Shown piece after piece: positions 1 to 11,811 of a DNA stretch of 64,000 nt. Both the position numbers and the translations under genes were made by a program. This stretch comes from Deltaproteobacteria bacterium (lineage in GTDB: Bacteria; Myxococcota; Kuafuiibacteriia; Kuafuiibacteriales; Kuafuiibacteriaceae): NCBI GenBank assembly GCA_040218735.1, contig JAVJQW010000008.1:288001-352000 (forward strand). Reading direction: 5' to 3'. The number at the start of each line of letters is the position of its first letter. Position 1 is the stretch's first letter. Under the pieces are notes generated by a model. It was not told the origin of the DNA. It did no database searches and saw only the letters and a list, made by a program, of their open reading frames with translations.

Positions 1-1
1 G

Positions 2-2146
2 GACGAAGACCTCGAGGAGGACGTCACCGAAGACGACGACGACCTGAAGGGGGAGGACGATCCGCCGCCGCCCGTCGAGACGCCGCCGATCACCACGAAG
101 CCCGTCGCGCCTCCCCCGCCGCCCCCGGTGCCGATCGTCGACGACGACGACGACAACCCGCCGCTCACCGTCGACGAGATACCGCCTCCGCCGAAGACGA
201 TCGAGCCGTCGCCCGCCAGTGATCTGCGCTTCGAGGAGGAGGACGCCCCGCCGCCCCTTCCGCCCGCACCCAAGGATCCCGCTCCGGCGGATCCGACACC
301 GGCGGCGACGACCGCGCCCGCGCCCACGACGGCGCGCAGGACCGCGTTGCCGAGGCTCGACCTCCCCGAGGAGGAGGCCGAGTCCGTCATCACCGAGCAG
401 CGTCTGCTGGAGCACATCGAGGCGCGCGCGAACTACGTGCGACTGGAGGAGACGACGAGCGCCGACGTGGAGCTCGGGTACATCGAGGAGGCGCGTCGTG
501 CGCTCGGTGCGCGAAACGTCGTCGTGGCCTCCGCGGCGCTGCTACGCGAGTCCCACGGCGCGTTGGGAGCCGGCCTCGGCGATCGGGCGATCCAGCTCGC
601 GGAGGCTGCGGCGCGGCTGTCACCCGACCTCTCCGCGGCGCACTGGATGCGCGCGCGCGCCTACTGGGCGAAGGACCCCACGCAGGTGGCGCTCATCGGC
701 GGTGCGATGATCGATACGTTGCGGGCGAAGCTGCTCCGCTTCCGCAACGTGGTGTCGCTGCTGTCGAACATCGCGGTGCTCTTTGCGCTCGCGTTGCTCG
801 GGACGATCACGCTCTTCGCGTTCGTGCAGCTCGTGAAGTACGTGCGGTATCCGGCGCACGACTTCGCGTCGATCTGGCCCAACTTCGTCGGCACGGGCGA
901 GGCGGTGATGTTGTTCCTGATCCTGATCGCGGTCCCGCCGGCGTTGGGCTTCGGGTTCCTGCCGGCCGTTGCGCTCACGCTCGCGATCACCATGGCCTAC
1001 CAGTCGAGCCGCGAGCGTGCGGTCGCGCTGATCATGCTCGGGCTGTTGGCGTTGACGCCTGCGATCCTCTACGTCGCGGCGCCGCTCGTCACGTACCACG
1101 GGTCCGTGACCGACGCGATGGCCTCGGCGATGGACGAGGCGTTCACGGCAGACGAAGAGAAGCGCTTGGAGGCGCACCTCGCGAAGAACAAGAACGACTA
1201 CGCGACCTCCCTCATCCTCGCGCACCGACTTCGGCAGCGTGGTGAGTTCGCGCGGGCGGAGCTCGCCTACGAGAAGGCGATCCGCGCCGACGGCAGCAGC
1301 GCGCTCGCGCGCAACAACCTCGGCGTCGTGCAGGCGCTGCAGGGGCGGCTCGACCAGGCGCTGAACACCTTCCGTCGCGCGGCCTCGGCGAACGAGCTCG
1401 CGCAGCCGCACCTCAACATCGCGTCGATGGCTGCGGAGAACGCCAACTTCGAGGAGGCGAACCGGAGGCTCGAACAGGCGCGGACGATCGATCCGGATCT
1501 CACGCTCGCGTACACCCAGCTCGACGGTGGGTTGCCGTTGAACCAGAAGCTCCAGGAGGCGCGCATCGGGCAGGGGCTGCTGTGGAGTCGGCTCTTCGAG
1601 GCGGACTCGGAGGAGAGCCTCGCGATCAGCCGTGAGCTGTGGCGGCCGATCGGCGGGCGGTTGCCGCCGCTCGGGATGCCGATCGTCGCGATCATCGCGG
1701 CGCTGCTCGGCCTGGCGACGGTGCGGTTGTCGTCGCACTTGTCGACGCCGTGCCCTCGCTGCGGGATCCCGGCGGATCGCGGATCCCCCGCGCACTTCTG
1801 CGCGCAGTGTGTCTCGGTGTTCCTGACGGCCGTCGCGGTGGAGCCGCAGGTGCGCGCCGCCAAGGAGACGCAGGTGCGCCGGCACCAACGAAGCCGGCGC
1901 TACGTGGAGCGGGTGCTCTCGATCGCGGCCGGCGTCGGTCAGATGTACGGGAGCCGCCCGCTGATCGGTTCGTTCCTGACCTTCTTGTTCCTCTTCACGG
2001 TGGCTGCGGCGTTGTTCCCCGAAGGGTTCGTCGTCAGTCGCTGGGACATCTACATCGACGACGCGGGGCGCTCGCTCGCGGCCGGTCTCGCGCTGGGCTG
2101 CGCCGGCGTGCTCGCGCTGTTCTCGCTCAGGAAGTCGTTCAACTAG
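2..2146 (+). CDS. TPR-containing multi-pass membrane protein with acidic Pro-rich N-terminus and C-terminal CxxC-CxxC zinc ribbon (5' partial)
   Basis: Frame open from base 2; TPR-like helices (ALARNNLGVVQALQGRLDQA), several TM stretches, CPRC...CAQC. Confidence 0.75.
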   Translation, partial: DEDLEEDVTEDDDDLKGEDDPPPPVETPPITTKPVAPPPPPPVPIVDDDDDNPPLTVDEIPPPPKTIEPSPASDLRFEEEDAPPPLPPAPKDPAPADPTPAATTAPAPTTARRTALPRLDLPEEEAESVITEQRLLEHIEARANYVRLEETTSADVELGYIEEARRALGARNVVVASAALLRESHGALGAGLGDRAIQLAEAAARLSPDLSAAHWMRARAYWAKDPTQVALIGGAMIDTLRAKLLRFRNVVSLLSNIAVLFALALLGTITLFAFVQLVKYVRYPAHDFASIWPNFVGTGEAVMLFLILIAVPPALGFGFLPAVALTLAITMAYQSSRERAVALIMLGLLALTPAILYVAAPLVTYHGSVTDAMASAMDEAFTADEEKRLEAHLAKNKNDYATSLILAHRLRQRGEFARAELAYEKAIRADGSSALARNNLGVVQALQGRLDQALNTFRRAASANELAQPHLNIASMAAENANFEEANRRLEQARTIDPDLTLAYTQLDGGLPLNQKLQEARIGQGLLWSRLFEADSEESLAISRELWRPIGGRLPPLGMPIVAIIAALLGLATVRLSSHLSTPCPRCGIPADRGSPAHFCAQCVSVFLTAVAVEPQVRAAKETQVRRHQRSRRYVERVLSIAAGVGQMYGSRPLIGSFLTFLFLFTVAAALFPEGFVVSRWDIYIDDAGRSLAAGLALGCAGVLALFSLRKSFN

Positions 2147-2148
2147 TC

Positions 2149-3333
2149 ATGGCGCTGAAGGGCACGATCAAGGACTTCGGTGTTGCCGACATCTTCCAGC
2201 TGATCAGTCAGCAGGGGAAGACAGGCGTCCTCGTCTTCAGCAACGACGTCGACGAAGTGCGCGTGTACTTCAAGGACGGCTCGGTCGTTCGGGCGAGCAA
2301 CACGCTGCGCACTGCGCAGATGTTGTTGGGCAGCCTGATGGTACGCGCGGCCGTCGTCAGCGACGAGCAGCTGCAAGAAGCCTTGCGCGAGCAGCAGCGC
2401 ACGTTGAAGCGCCTCGGCGCGGTCATGGTGGAGCTGGGGTACGTCGACGTCGAGATGGTGAAGGACTTCGCCACGCTCCAGATGACGGAGACGATCTACG
2501 CCCTGTTCGAGTGGAAGTTCGGGACGTACGAGTTCGAGAGCGTCGACGTCGAGCCCTCCCCCGAGGGGGTCCTCCCGATTCGTGCCGAGACGATCGTCAT
2601 GAACGGGATCCGGATGACGGACGAGTGGCCGAGCATCCGCGAGAAGATCCCGTCGTACACCTGGCGCGTCGAAGCGGTCCGGCCCCTCCCCGAGGAAGAG
2701 GAGTCGTCCGCCTCCGACAGCGACGAGTTCGACTTCTCCGCGCTGGGCGAGGGGGGCGGCACGACGGCGTACAACTCGATCGGCGCGTTCGAGCGCAAGA
2801 TCTTCGGCCTCATCACCCCCGAGCGCACCGTCCAGGAGATCATCGACCGATCGCGGCTCGGTGAGTTCGAGGCGTGTCGTGCGCTGAGCACGTTGATGAC
2901 CGAGGGGTACATCCGGGTCATCAAACCCACGCCCATCGAGGACGAAGACGCCCCGAAGGTGCGCGTCGACCCCGCGATGCGGATGCGTCGCATCGGCGGG
3001 ATCTTGGGCCGCATCGTGGTGAGCGCGGGGCTCGTGGTGGTCGGCGCGATGCTCGCGGGGCGTGCGGCGGCGTTCGTCGGCGGCAAGAACAGCGTCAGCG
3101 ATCTGACCTACGCGCCGAGACCGGTCGAGCGTCGTCTCGCCGAGGCCCAGATGCACCGGCTCCGCCGCGCGATCGAGGTGTACCGCTACGAGCGCGGCGC
3201 GTACCCGACGAACCTCGCGCGCCTCGTCGAAGTCGGGCTCTTGCAGGACGACGACATCCGCTTTCCGTTCGAGGCCAACTACTTCTACCGCGTGGTCGGC
3301 GAGACCTACTCCTTGCTGCCGCCGGTCCACTGA
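2149..3333 (+). CDS. DUF4388 domain protein with MshEN-like helical motif, TM segment and GspG-like C-terminus
   Basis: Starts MALKGTIKDFGVADIFQLISQQGKTGVL (DUF4388-type); ATG 2 nt after upstream stop; C-terminal AIEVYRYERGAYPTNLARLV. Confidence 0.8.
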   Translation: MALKGTIKDFGVADIFQLISQQGKTGVLVFSNDVDEVRVYFKDGSVVRASNTLRTAQMLLGSLMVRAAVVSDEQLQEALREQQRTLKRLGAVMVELGYVDVEMVKDFATLQMTETIYALFEWKFGTYEFESVDVEPSPEGVLPIRAETIVMNGIRMTDEWPSIREKIPSYTWRVEAVRPLPEEEESSASDSDEFDFSALGEGGGTTAYNSIGAFERKIFGLITPERTVQEIIDRSRLGEFEACRALSTLMTEGYIRVIKPTPIEDEDAPKVRVDPAMRMRRIGGILGRIVVSAGLVVVGAMLAGRAAAFVGGKNSVSDLTYAPRPVERRLAEAQMHRLRRAIEVYRYERGAYPTNLARLVEVGLLQDDDIRFPFEANYFYRVVGETYSLLPPVH

Positions 3334-4304
3334 AGCGAAGCCGCTGCGTAGGCCGCCGTCACGTCGCCGACGACGCGAGCGCCGTGCTCACCCGGCACGG
3401 GGTTCGGGCCCTCGCCGCGGATCGCCGCCACGAAGCCGCGTGCGACCTTGGCGACCGTGTACTCCTCGGGGACGTCGACGCGCTCCTGCTCGCGGCCGCG
3501 TACGCACGTGAGGGTGCGACCGATGAAGTCCGCTTCGAGGCCCCCCGCCGGTCCGTAGAACGCGAAGCGCATGTGGCGCGAGCCGGACACCTTGCTTGAC
3601 GCGACGTGCCCCGGGACGCGCTCCTGGTGCGAAACCTCGGCGCCCTCCAGCTCGAGGAGGACGAGCGCCTGGTCTTCGACGCGTGTGAACACGGTCCGGG
3701 TCATCGAGGCCGCGCGGACGTGGACGGCGCGCGGGCGCGTCACGAAGCGGAGCGCGTCGAGTGTGTGGATTCCGGTCTGGATCAGGACGCCGCCGCCGGC
3801 GAGCTCGGGGTCGTCTTCCCAGCCGAGGCCGCGTGGCTCGATGCGTTGTTCCAGGCAGAAGCCGGTGAGCCCTCTCAGCTCGTCGATGCGTGCCGCGAGG
3901 GCGACCACGAGGGGATCGAAGCGGAGGGTTTGGGCGACGGTGAGGAGGGTCCCGGTGGCCTCGAAGTTGGCGACGATCGTCTGGGCCTCTTCGTAGGTCC
4001 GGCCGAGCGGCTTCTCGCAGAGCAGAGGCTTGTTCGCGGCGGCGGCGACGCGCGCGATGTGGGCGTGGTGACCGGCCGGGACGGCGGCGATGACGGCGTC
4101 GACGGCGTCGTCGCGGATCAGGGCTTCGAGGTCGTCGACGTACCGGGCGCCGAAGCGTTCCGCGGCGGCGGTGCCCTGGGTTCGGTCGCGGCGCCAGACG
4201 GCGACGAGGTGGGCGCCGGGCACGTCGCCGCGCACGATGTGCTGCGCGTACCGCGTTCCGTGGAGCCCCAGGCCGAGGAGGCCGATGCCGATCGACTTCG
4301 TCAC
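3306..4304 (-). CDS. Gfo/Idh/MocA family oxidoreductase
   Basis: GIGLLGLGLHG Rossmann motif, LLCEKP, GGVLIQTGIHTLD; GTG start inferred. Confidence 0.85.
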   Translation of the reverse strand: MTKSIGIGLLGLGLHGTRYAQHIVRGDVPGAHLVAVWRRDRTQGTAAAERFGARYVDDLEALIRDDAVDAVIAAVPAGHHAHIARVAAAANKPLLCEKPLGRTYEEAQTIVANFEATGTLLTVAQTLRFDPLVVALAARIDELRGLTGFCLEQRIEPRGLGWEDDPELAGGGVLIQTGIHTLDALRFVTRPRAVHVRAASMTRTVFTRVEDQALVLLELEGAEVSHQERVPGHVASSKVSGSRHMRFAFYGPAGGLEADFIGRTLTCVRGREQERVDVPEEYTVAKVARGFVAAIRGEGPNPVPGEHGARVVGDVTAAYAAASLQWTGGSKE

Positions 4305-4370
4305 GGACGGGAGCTTACCGGGGACGTCGGGTCGACGGTAAGGCGGGGCGTCGGTTAGCCTCGGTTCGGC

Positions 4371-5648
4371 ATGGGCAAGATGATCGGAGGTTTCGTCGTC
4401 GCGGTGATCGTCGGAGGCGGCGGTGCTGCGGCGCTCAACGTGTTCGCGCGCGACCTCGCGCCACCGCCGGTGATGCGTGCGCCGAGCAACCTCCCGGATC
4501 CGGACGACGTCGCGCTGGTCGAGGTGGTCGGCGAGGTGCGCGCGCTGATGCCGGACGGCCAGTGGCGGCACCTGCGGCAGGGCTTCTCACTCCAGCGGCC
4601 GACGGGGCTCGACGTCATCGGGCCCGAGGCCCGCGCAACGATTCGTTTCAGTGGAGTGACGCTGTCCGCGTCGCTCGGCGCGAAGGTGCTGATCGGCGCG
4701 CCCGGCGGGACACTCGGGTTGCAGGTCGAACGGGGCCGCGTCGTCGTCACGCGTACGGGCCGTGACATCTCCACGCACCTGCCGCGTCATGACACCGTGG
4801 TGCACGGGCCGTCCTACGGGATCTGGGCGCACGACGACTCCGTGGCGGTCGCGGTGCTCGGCGAGCGCGCCGAGATCGAACACCTCGGTGAGGAGCCGGT
4901 GCGTTACGGGCGTGCGCGAGAGATCGTGTTGAATCGGACGCGCGCCATCCCGACGGTGCTCGACGAGAAACTCGAGATCACCGTCTTGGACAAGAATCGT
5001 CGTGGGCGGCGTTATCGCTTCCGTGCGCGGGCGGCGCGCAACGCCATCATTCGGCACAAACGAAGCGATGACGCGTACGACACGATCGAGACGGACCTGT
5101 CCGGTTCGTTCAGCGTGGAGCTCGACAACGAGGAACCGGCCGACGGGGAGCTCGTCGCCTACGACGCCGCGGGGCGCAGCGCACAGATCGGGCGCCCGTC
5201 GCGCTCGCTCGCGAGTGTCCTGATGGCGTTGAGCGACGCCGAGAACCCGACGCCCGCCAACGCCACCCGGGAGGAGGCCGAGGCGCTGCGAGATCTGGGC
5301 GATCGGAAGGCGCCCCCGACGCGGGCCGCGCCTCCGCCTCCCGCGCGCGCCGCGCCCCCGCCGCCACGCGCCGCGCCGCCGCCTCCGCCGCCCGCTCGCG
5401 CGGCACCGCCGCCGCCCGTGCGCGAGGCGCCGAAGCCCACCCCCGCCGCGAAGCGCGTCGAGGCGAAAGCGACGCCGCCGCCGGTGAAGCTGACGCCGCC
5501 CCCTCCGCCGCCGAAGGTGCGTCCGAAGACGCCGACGATCGGTGAGAAGCCGGAGGCGCCGGCGCCGAAGGGGCCGCCGGTCGCGAAGGATGTCGACGTG
5601 GACTTGCTCGACGATCCCGACGACGAGATCGACGAAGACGATCTGTAG
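4371..5648 (+). CDS. FecR-like membrane-anchored protein with Pro-rich C-terminal tail
   Basis: N-terminal hydrophobic anchor, beta-rich FecR-like segment (LQVERGRVVV), RAAPPPP repeats, acidic end. Confidence 0.55.
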   Translation: MGKMIGGFVVAVIVGGGGAAALNVFARDLAPPPVMRAPSNLPDPDDVALVEVVGEVRALMPDGQWRHLRQGFSLQRPTGLDVIGPEARATIRFSGVTLSASLGAKVLIGAPGGTLGLQVERGRVVVTRTGRDISTHLPRHDTVVHGPSYGIWAHDDSVAVAVLGERAEIEHLGEEPVRYGRAREIVLNRTRAIPTVLDEKLEITVLDKNRRGRRYRFRARAARNAIIRHKRSDDAYDTIETDLSGSFSVELDNEEPADGELVAYDAAGRSAQIGRPSRSLASVLMALSDAENPTPANATREEAEALRDLGDRKAPPTRAAPPPPARAAPPPPRAAPPPPPPARAAPPPPVREAPKPTPAAKRVEAKATPPPVKLTPPPPPPKVRPKTPTIGEKPEAPAPKGPPVAKDVDVDLLDDPDDEIDEDDL

Positions 5649-5653
5649 CGCCC

Positions 5654-6649
5654 TTACGGGCCGACCAACCCCTGGAACCTGAACCGCGCCTGGGACAGCG
5701 CGTTGTCGAACGCGCTCTCCGTGCCGGCGGAGATCACTTCGCCGAGGCTGTTGTCGGTGATGAGGTCGTCGAGGTCCGTGCGGGCGTCCTGCGTCAGCGC
5801 GACGCCGAAGGTGTAGAGGTCATCGCGTGTGTCGCCGCGCGCGCCGGCGATGCCGATGATCGCGTTCTCGAAGCTGCCGAGCGCGCCACGGTCGGGGCCG
5901 GCGCTGATGACGAGCATCGCGGGCCGTCGGGCGCAGACCGCGCGTGTCCTCAGGCGCGAGCTCGCGAGGATCAGCGTCTCGAAGGTGCGCACCTCGCCGC
6001 GGTTGCCGGTGCGGAACTGATCGAGGCCTTGCTTGATGGCGTCGGTGTTCTCGGTGCCGGCGACGATCTCCGTCGGCTCCGTCGGTCCGTGGGCGAGGAG
6101 AGAGAACGAGGTGTTCGGCGGAAACGCGGGGAGGTCCAAGAAGCTCTGGAGCGAGTCGATCACGCGGTTGCCGAGCGCGGCGTTGGCGAGCTGCATGTGG
6201 CTCGACGCGTCGAGCACGATGCCGATCTCGATGAAGCGCGGATCGGAGTCACAGACCGGCAGGCCCATCATCTCGATTTCGACTGTCGCGGGGGAGCCGG
6301 CCGGCAGCGAAGTCTCGATACAGCCGCGGGAGACGACGTTGTCGTCGAGGTCGAGTACGGTCAGGTCGATCGCGATCGCCTGTCCGCGCGGGACTTCGTC
6401 GAGCACGCCGATGGCGGGGTCGATCGGGTAGGCGGTGCGGGCGCGGTGGATGACGGTCGCGACGTCGCTGACCGCCTCGTAGCGCACGGCCATGAGCGTT
6501 TCGCAGTCTTGGTCGGAGATGACGGAGATCTCCGCCGTGCGTCCGGCGGCTTCGACGAGCTCGTCGGAGAAGTCGGCGACGATGAGGTCGGGATCACCTC
6601 CGCAGGCGAACGTCGCGAGCGAGAGGACAAGTGCGGCGCGGACCCTCAA
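5654..6649 (-). CDS. Putative lipoprotein with vWA-like domain
   Basis: Lipobox LATFAC; IVLDASSHM resembles a vWA MIDAS DxSxS variant; TTG start inferred. Confidence 0.55.
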   Translation of the reverse strand: MRVRAALVLSLATFACGGDPDLIVADFSDELVEAAGRTAEISVISDQDCETLMAVRYEAVSDVATVIHRARTAYPIDPAIGVLDEVPRGQAIAIDLTVLDLDDNVVSRGCIETSLPAGSPATVEIEMMGLPVCDSDPRFIEIGIVLDASSHMQLANAALGNRVIDSLQSFLDLPAFPPNTSFSLLAHGPTEPTEIVAGTENTDAIKQGLDQFRTGNRGEVRTFETLILASSRLRTRAVCARRPAMLVISAGPDRGALGSFENAIIGIAGARGDTRDDLYTFGVALTQDARTDLDDLITDNSLGEVISAGTESAFDNALSQARFRFQGLVGP

Positions 6650-6698
6650 ATCGCTGATCAGGATCCCCCGCGCGGGCGCCGAACGCAATGTGGCCGTT

Positions 6699-9272
<2,574 letters not shown>

Positions 9273-9298
9273 CGCGGGCGTTTCGCCGCGCTTTTACC

Positions 9299-10453
9299 TC
9301 ACTGGTTTTTTCGAGACCAGGCTTCCTGGAACTGCGCCGCGACCTGCGCGTGCTTCTCAGGGTTTCGATCCAAAACGACCGCTCGATCGTTTTCGAAACC
9401 GATCCCCCACGGCTCCAGCACCCGCGTCCACGCCTTCGTCAGCTCCGCGGCCGGGCGATCGTGCAGCGCGACGTGCTCCGCGATGTACTGGTTCACGATG
9501 CGCGCGATGGCATCCGTGACGTCGTCGCTGCTGGTGACGCCGCCGAAGAAGACGGAGGCGTCGGTCCACTTGCCGGACTCGAGGGTGGCGTCGTGGAAGT
9601 TCGTGAGGGTGTCGCTGGAGAGCTGGTAGATCAGCTCCTCGGGGAGGTGCGCACGGGTGGCGAGGTACGCTTCGCGCCACGCATCCCAGTCGGGTCCGGA
9701 CGGTGCGCGGCCCTCGAGGAAGTGGGTCGCCCACGACGGCTCGAATGTGCCGCACACGTCGTAGAAGCGCTGCGCGTTCTCGGCGGCGACATCGTCGTAA
9801 CCGGCGCGCGCGTACAGCGGCGCGCAGTCGATCGTGAGCCCCGCGGTGCGCGCGAGGACGAACGTCGAGCTCGGGTGGTGCTGCGACTGAACGGCCATCT
9901 TCGCGACTTCGCGATCGACGCCGTCTTCGTCGAGGTGCGGGTGGGTGACGCGCACCAGCTCGACGGAGCTGCGCCACATCTCCGGATCGCCGTACGCGAC
10001 CATCGTGTGGCTGACGAGCATCTTGTCGCCCGCGCTGAGGTGATCGAAGTCGGCGACGCGCTCGTAGCGTTTCGATCCGTCGAGCCGCTTCATCGCGGGG
10101 AAGAGCGGTGCGGCCTCGTCCATCGGGACGACCTTGACCGAGTCCGCGAGCGCTTGCGCGAACGCGCGGATCGGATCGGCGGTGTCCGTGAGCGTGTGGC
10201 AGAAGAGGTCTTCGATGTTCCCGGTGTTGGCGGGGTTGCGGTTGCGCTCGCCGAGGCGGAGGAGGTGCTCCGCGACGATGCGTCGTTGGTCCGCAGACAG
10301 GAGGCCTTCGCGTTCGAACGCAGTGAGCCGTTCGTTGAACCGAGCGATGCTGCCTTGGTGCGCTTCGCTCAGGGCGCCGAGCCGCTCCCGGAAGCGGTCG
10401 GACGCAATGTGGTTACGGCCGTTCATCGAGTGATCGAAGGGAACGCTGACCAC
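9299..10453 (-). CDS. Hypothetical protein
   Basis: 384-aa ORF of natural composition filling the gap between clp and coaBC; no motif recognised; start uncertain. Confidence 0.6.
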   Translation of the reverse strand: MVSVPFDHSMNGRNHIASDRFRERLGALSEAHQGSIARFNERLTAFEREGLLSADQRRIVAEHLLRLGERNRNPANTGNIEDLFCHTLTDTADPIRAFAQALADSVKVVPMDEAAPLFPAMKRLDGSKRYERVADFDHLSAGDKMLVSHTMVAYGDPEMWRSSVELVRVTHPHLDEDGVDREVAKMAVQSQHHPSSTFVLARTAGLTIDCAPLYARAGYDDVAAENAQRFYDVCGTFEPSWATHFLEGRAPSGPDWDAWREAYLATRAHLPEELIYQLSSDTLTNFHDATLESGKWTDASVFFGGVTSSDDVTDAIARIVNQYIAEHVALHDRPAAELTKAWTRVLEPWGIGFENDRAVVLDRNPEKHAQVAAQFQEAWSRKNQ

Positions 10454-10599
10454 TACAACTAACTCCGATGCCTCATCGTGTCGATATTCGAGCCTGCCTC
10501 ATCCGGCACGCGTTGTGAGTGACCCGGGTCACGAGGGGGACGACTTCGCGGGACATTTGTTGGAACGCGCGGCGCCGGCCCTGCTAGCGTCTCCATTCG

Positions 10600-11811
10600 A
10601 TGCAGGGGCGAAGACCGCGTGTGCTGCTGGGCGTCAGCGGGAGCATCGCGGCGTACAAGGGTGTCGAGCTGCTCCGCGCGCTGTCGAAGGCCGGCGCGGA
10701 TGTGCAGGTCGCGTTGACACGTGGTGCACGGGCATTCGTGCAGCCCCTGACGTTCGAAGCCATCAGTGGCCGCCCCGTGTTGACGGATGTCCTCGCCGTG
10801 GACGGAGGCCAGATCGGGCACGTCGAGCGCGCGCACGAGGTGGATCTGCTGCTCGTGGCGCCGGCTTCGGCGAACCTCATCGCACGCCTTGCGCACGGGA
10901 TGGCCGACGATCCGGTCACGGCGATCGCGCTGTCGACCGAGGCCCGTCGCATGTTCGCACCTGCGATGGAGTCGGGCATGTGGCGTGACACTGCGACCAC
11001 CGACAACGTCGCGACGCTCGAGCGTCGCGGCTGGGTGCGGGTCGGTCCGGCGTCGGGGGCGCTCGCGTCGGGGCGCAGCGGTGTGGGGCGCATGGCGGAG
11101 CCGGAGGAGATCGCGGCGTGCGCGCTTGCGTTGCTCGGTCCGCAGAATCTCGCCGGCCGGCGCGTCGTGATCACCGCGGGGCCGACTTGGGAGCCGCTCG
11201 ATCCGGTGCGCTTGCTGACGAATCGGTCGACGGGATCGATGGGCATCGCGATCGCCAACGCGGCGGCGCGCCGTGGCGCGGACGTGCAGCTCGTGCTCGG
11301 ACCGACGCACCTGCGTCCGGCGGCGGGGGTCGTGGTGCACGCCGTCGAGACCGCGGAGCAGATGCTCGCGGCGGCGTCGGCGATCGACGACGTCGATGTG
11401 CTGATCGCAACCGCGGCCGTGAGTGATTTTCGTCCGCGCGCGGCGCAGGATCGAAAGCTCAAACGCGGGCACGCGGGGGCCGACGTGCTACAGCTCGACG
11501 AGAACCCGGACGTGCTCGCGACGTTGAGCGCGCGGTGGCGCGCGACGCGGCCCGAGCTGGTGGTCGTGGGGTTCGCGGCGGAGACCGAGGACCTCGTCGC
11601 GAACGCGCGCGACAAGTTGGCGCGGAAGGGCTGCGACCTGGTCATCGGCAACGTCGTGGGCGCCGCGCGCGGCTTCGGGGCCGGCGAGACGGAGGTCGTG
11701 GCGGTGCGCGCCGAAGGTGAGACCGCGTTCGGCCCGGCCACGAAGGACGCCGTCGCCGAGTTCGTCCTTGATCAGGTCGTGAGCGTTGAGGAACAACGTT
11801 CGCGCGCATGA
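10600..11811 (+). CDS. coaBC: Phosphopantothenoylcysteine decarboxylase/phosphopantothenate-cysteine ligase
   Basis: GVSGSIAAYK, APASAN, PAM, TAGPTWEPLDPVR, AAVSDF, VGFAAET motifs. Confidence 0.95.
   Translation: MQGRRPRVLLGVSGSIAAYKGVELLRALSKAGADVQVALTRGARAFVQPLTFEAISGRPVLTDVLAVDGGQIGHVERAHEVDLLLVAPASANLIARLAHGMADDPVTAIALSTEARRMFAPAMESGMWRDTATTDNVATLERRGWVRVGPASGALASGRSGVGRMAEPEEIAACALALLGPQNLAGRRVVITAGPTWEPLDPVRLLTNRSTGSMGIAIANAAARRGADVQLVLGPTHLRPAAGVVVHAVETAEQMLAAASAIDDVDVLIATAAVSDFRPRAAQDRKLKRGHAGADVLQLDENPDVLATLSARWRATRPELVVVGFAAETEDLVANARDKLARKGCDLVIGNVVGAARGFGAGETEVVAVRAEGETAFGPATKDAVAEFVLDQVVSVEEQRSRA

Noticed and set aside
5320-5420. RAAPPPP repeats, and PDGG repeats at 18545-18640, as special elements
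   Set aside because: Ordinary low-complexity linkers common in myxobacterial proteins
10460-10520. sigma54 promoter for the 9299-10453 ORF or coaBC
   Set aside because: GGCA half-sites are present but no GC at the -12 position with correct spacing
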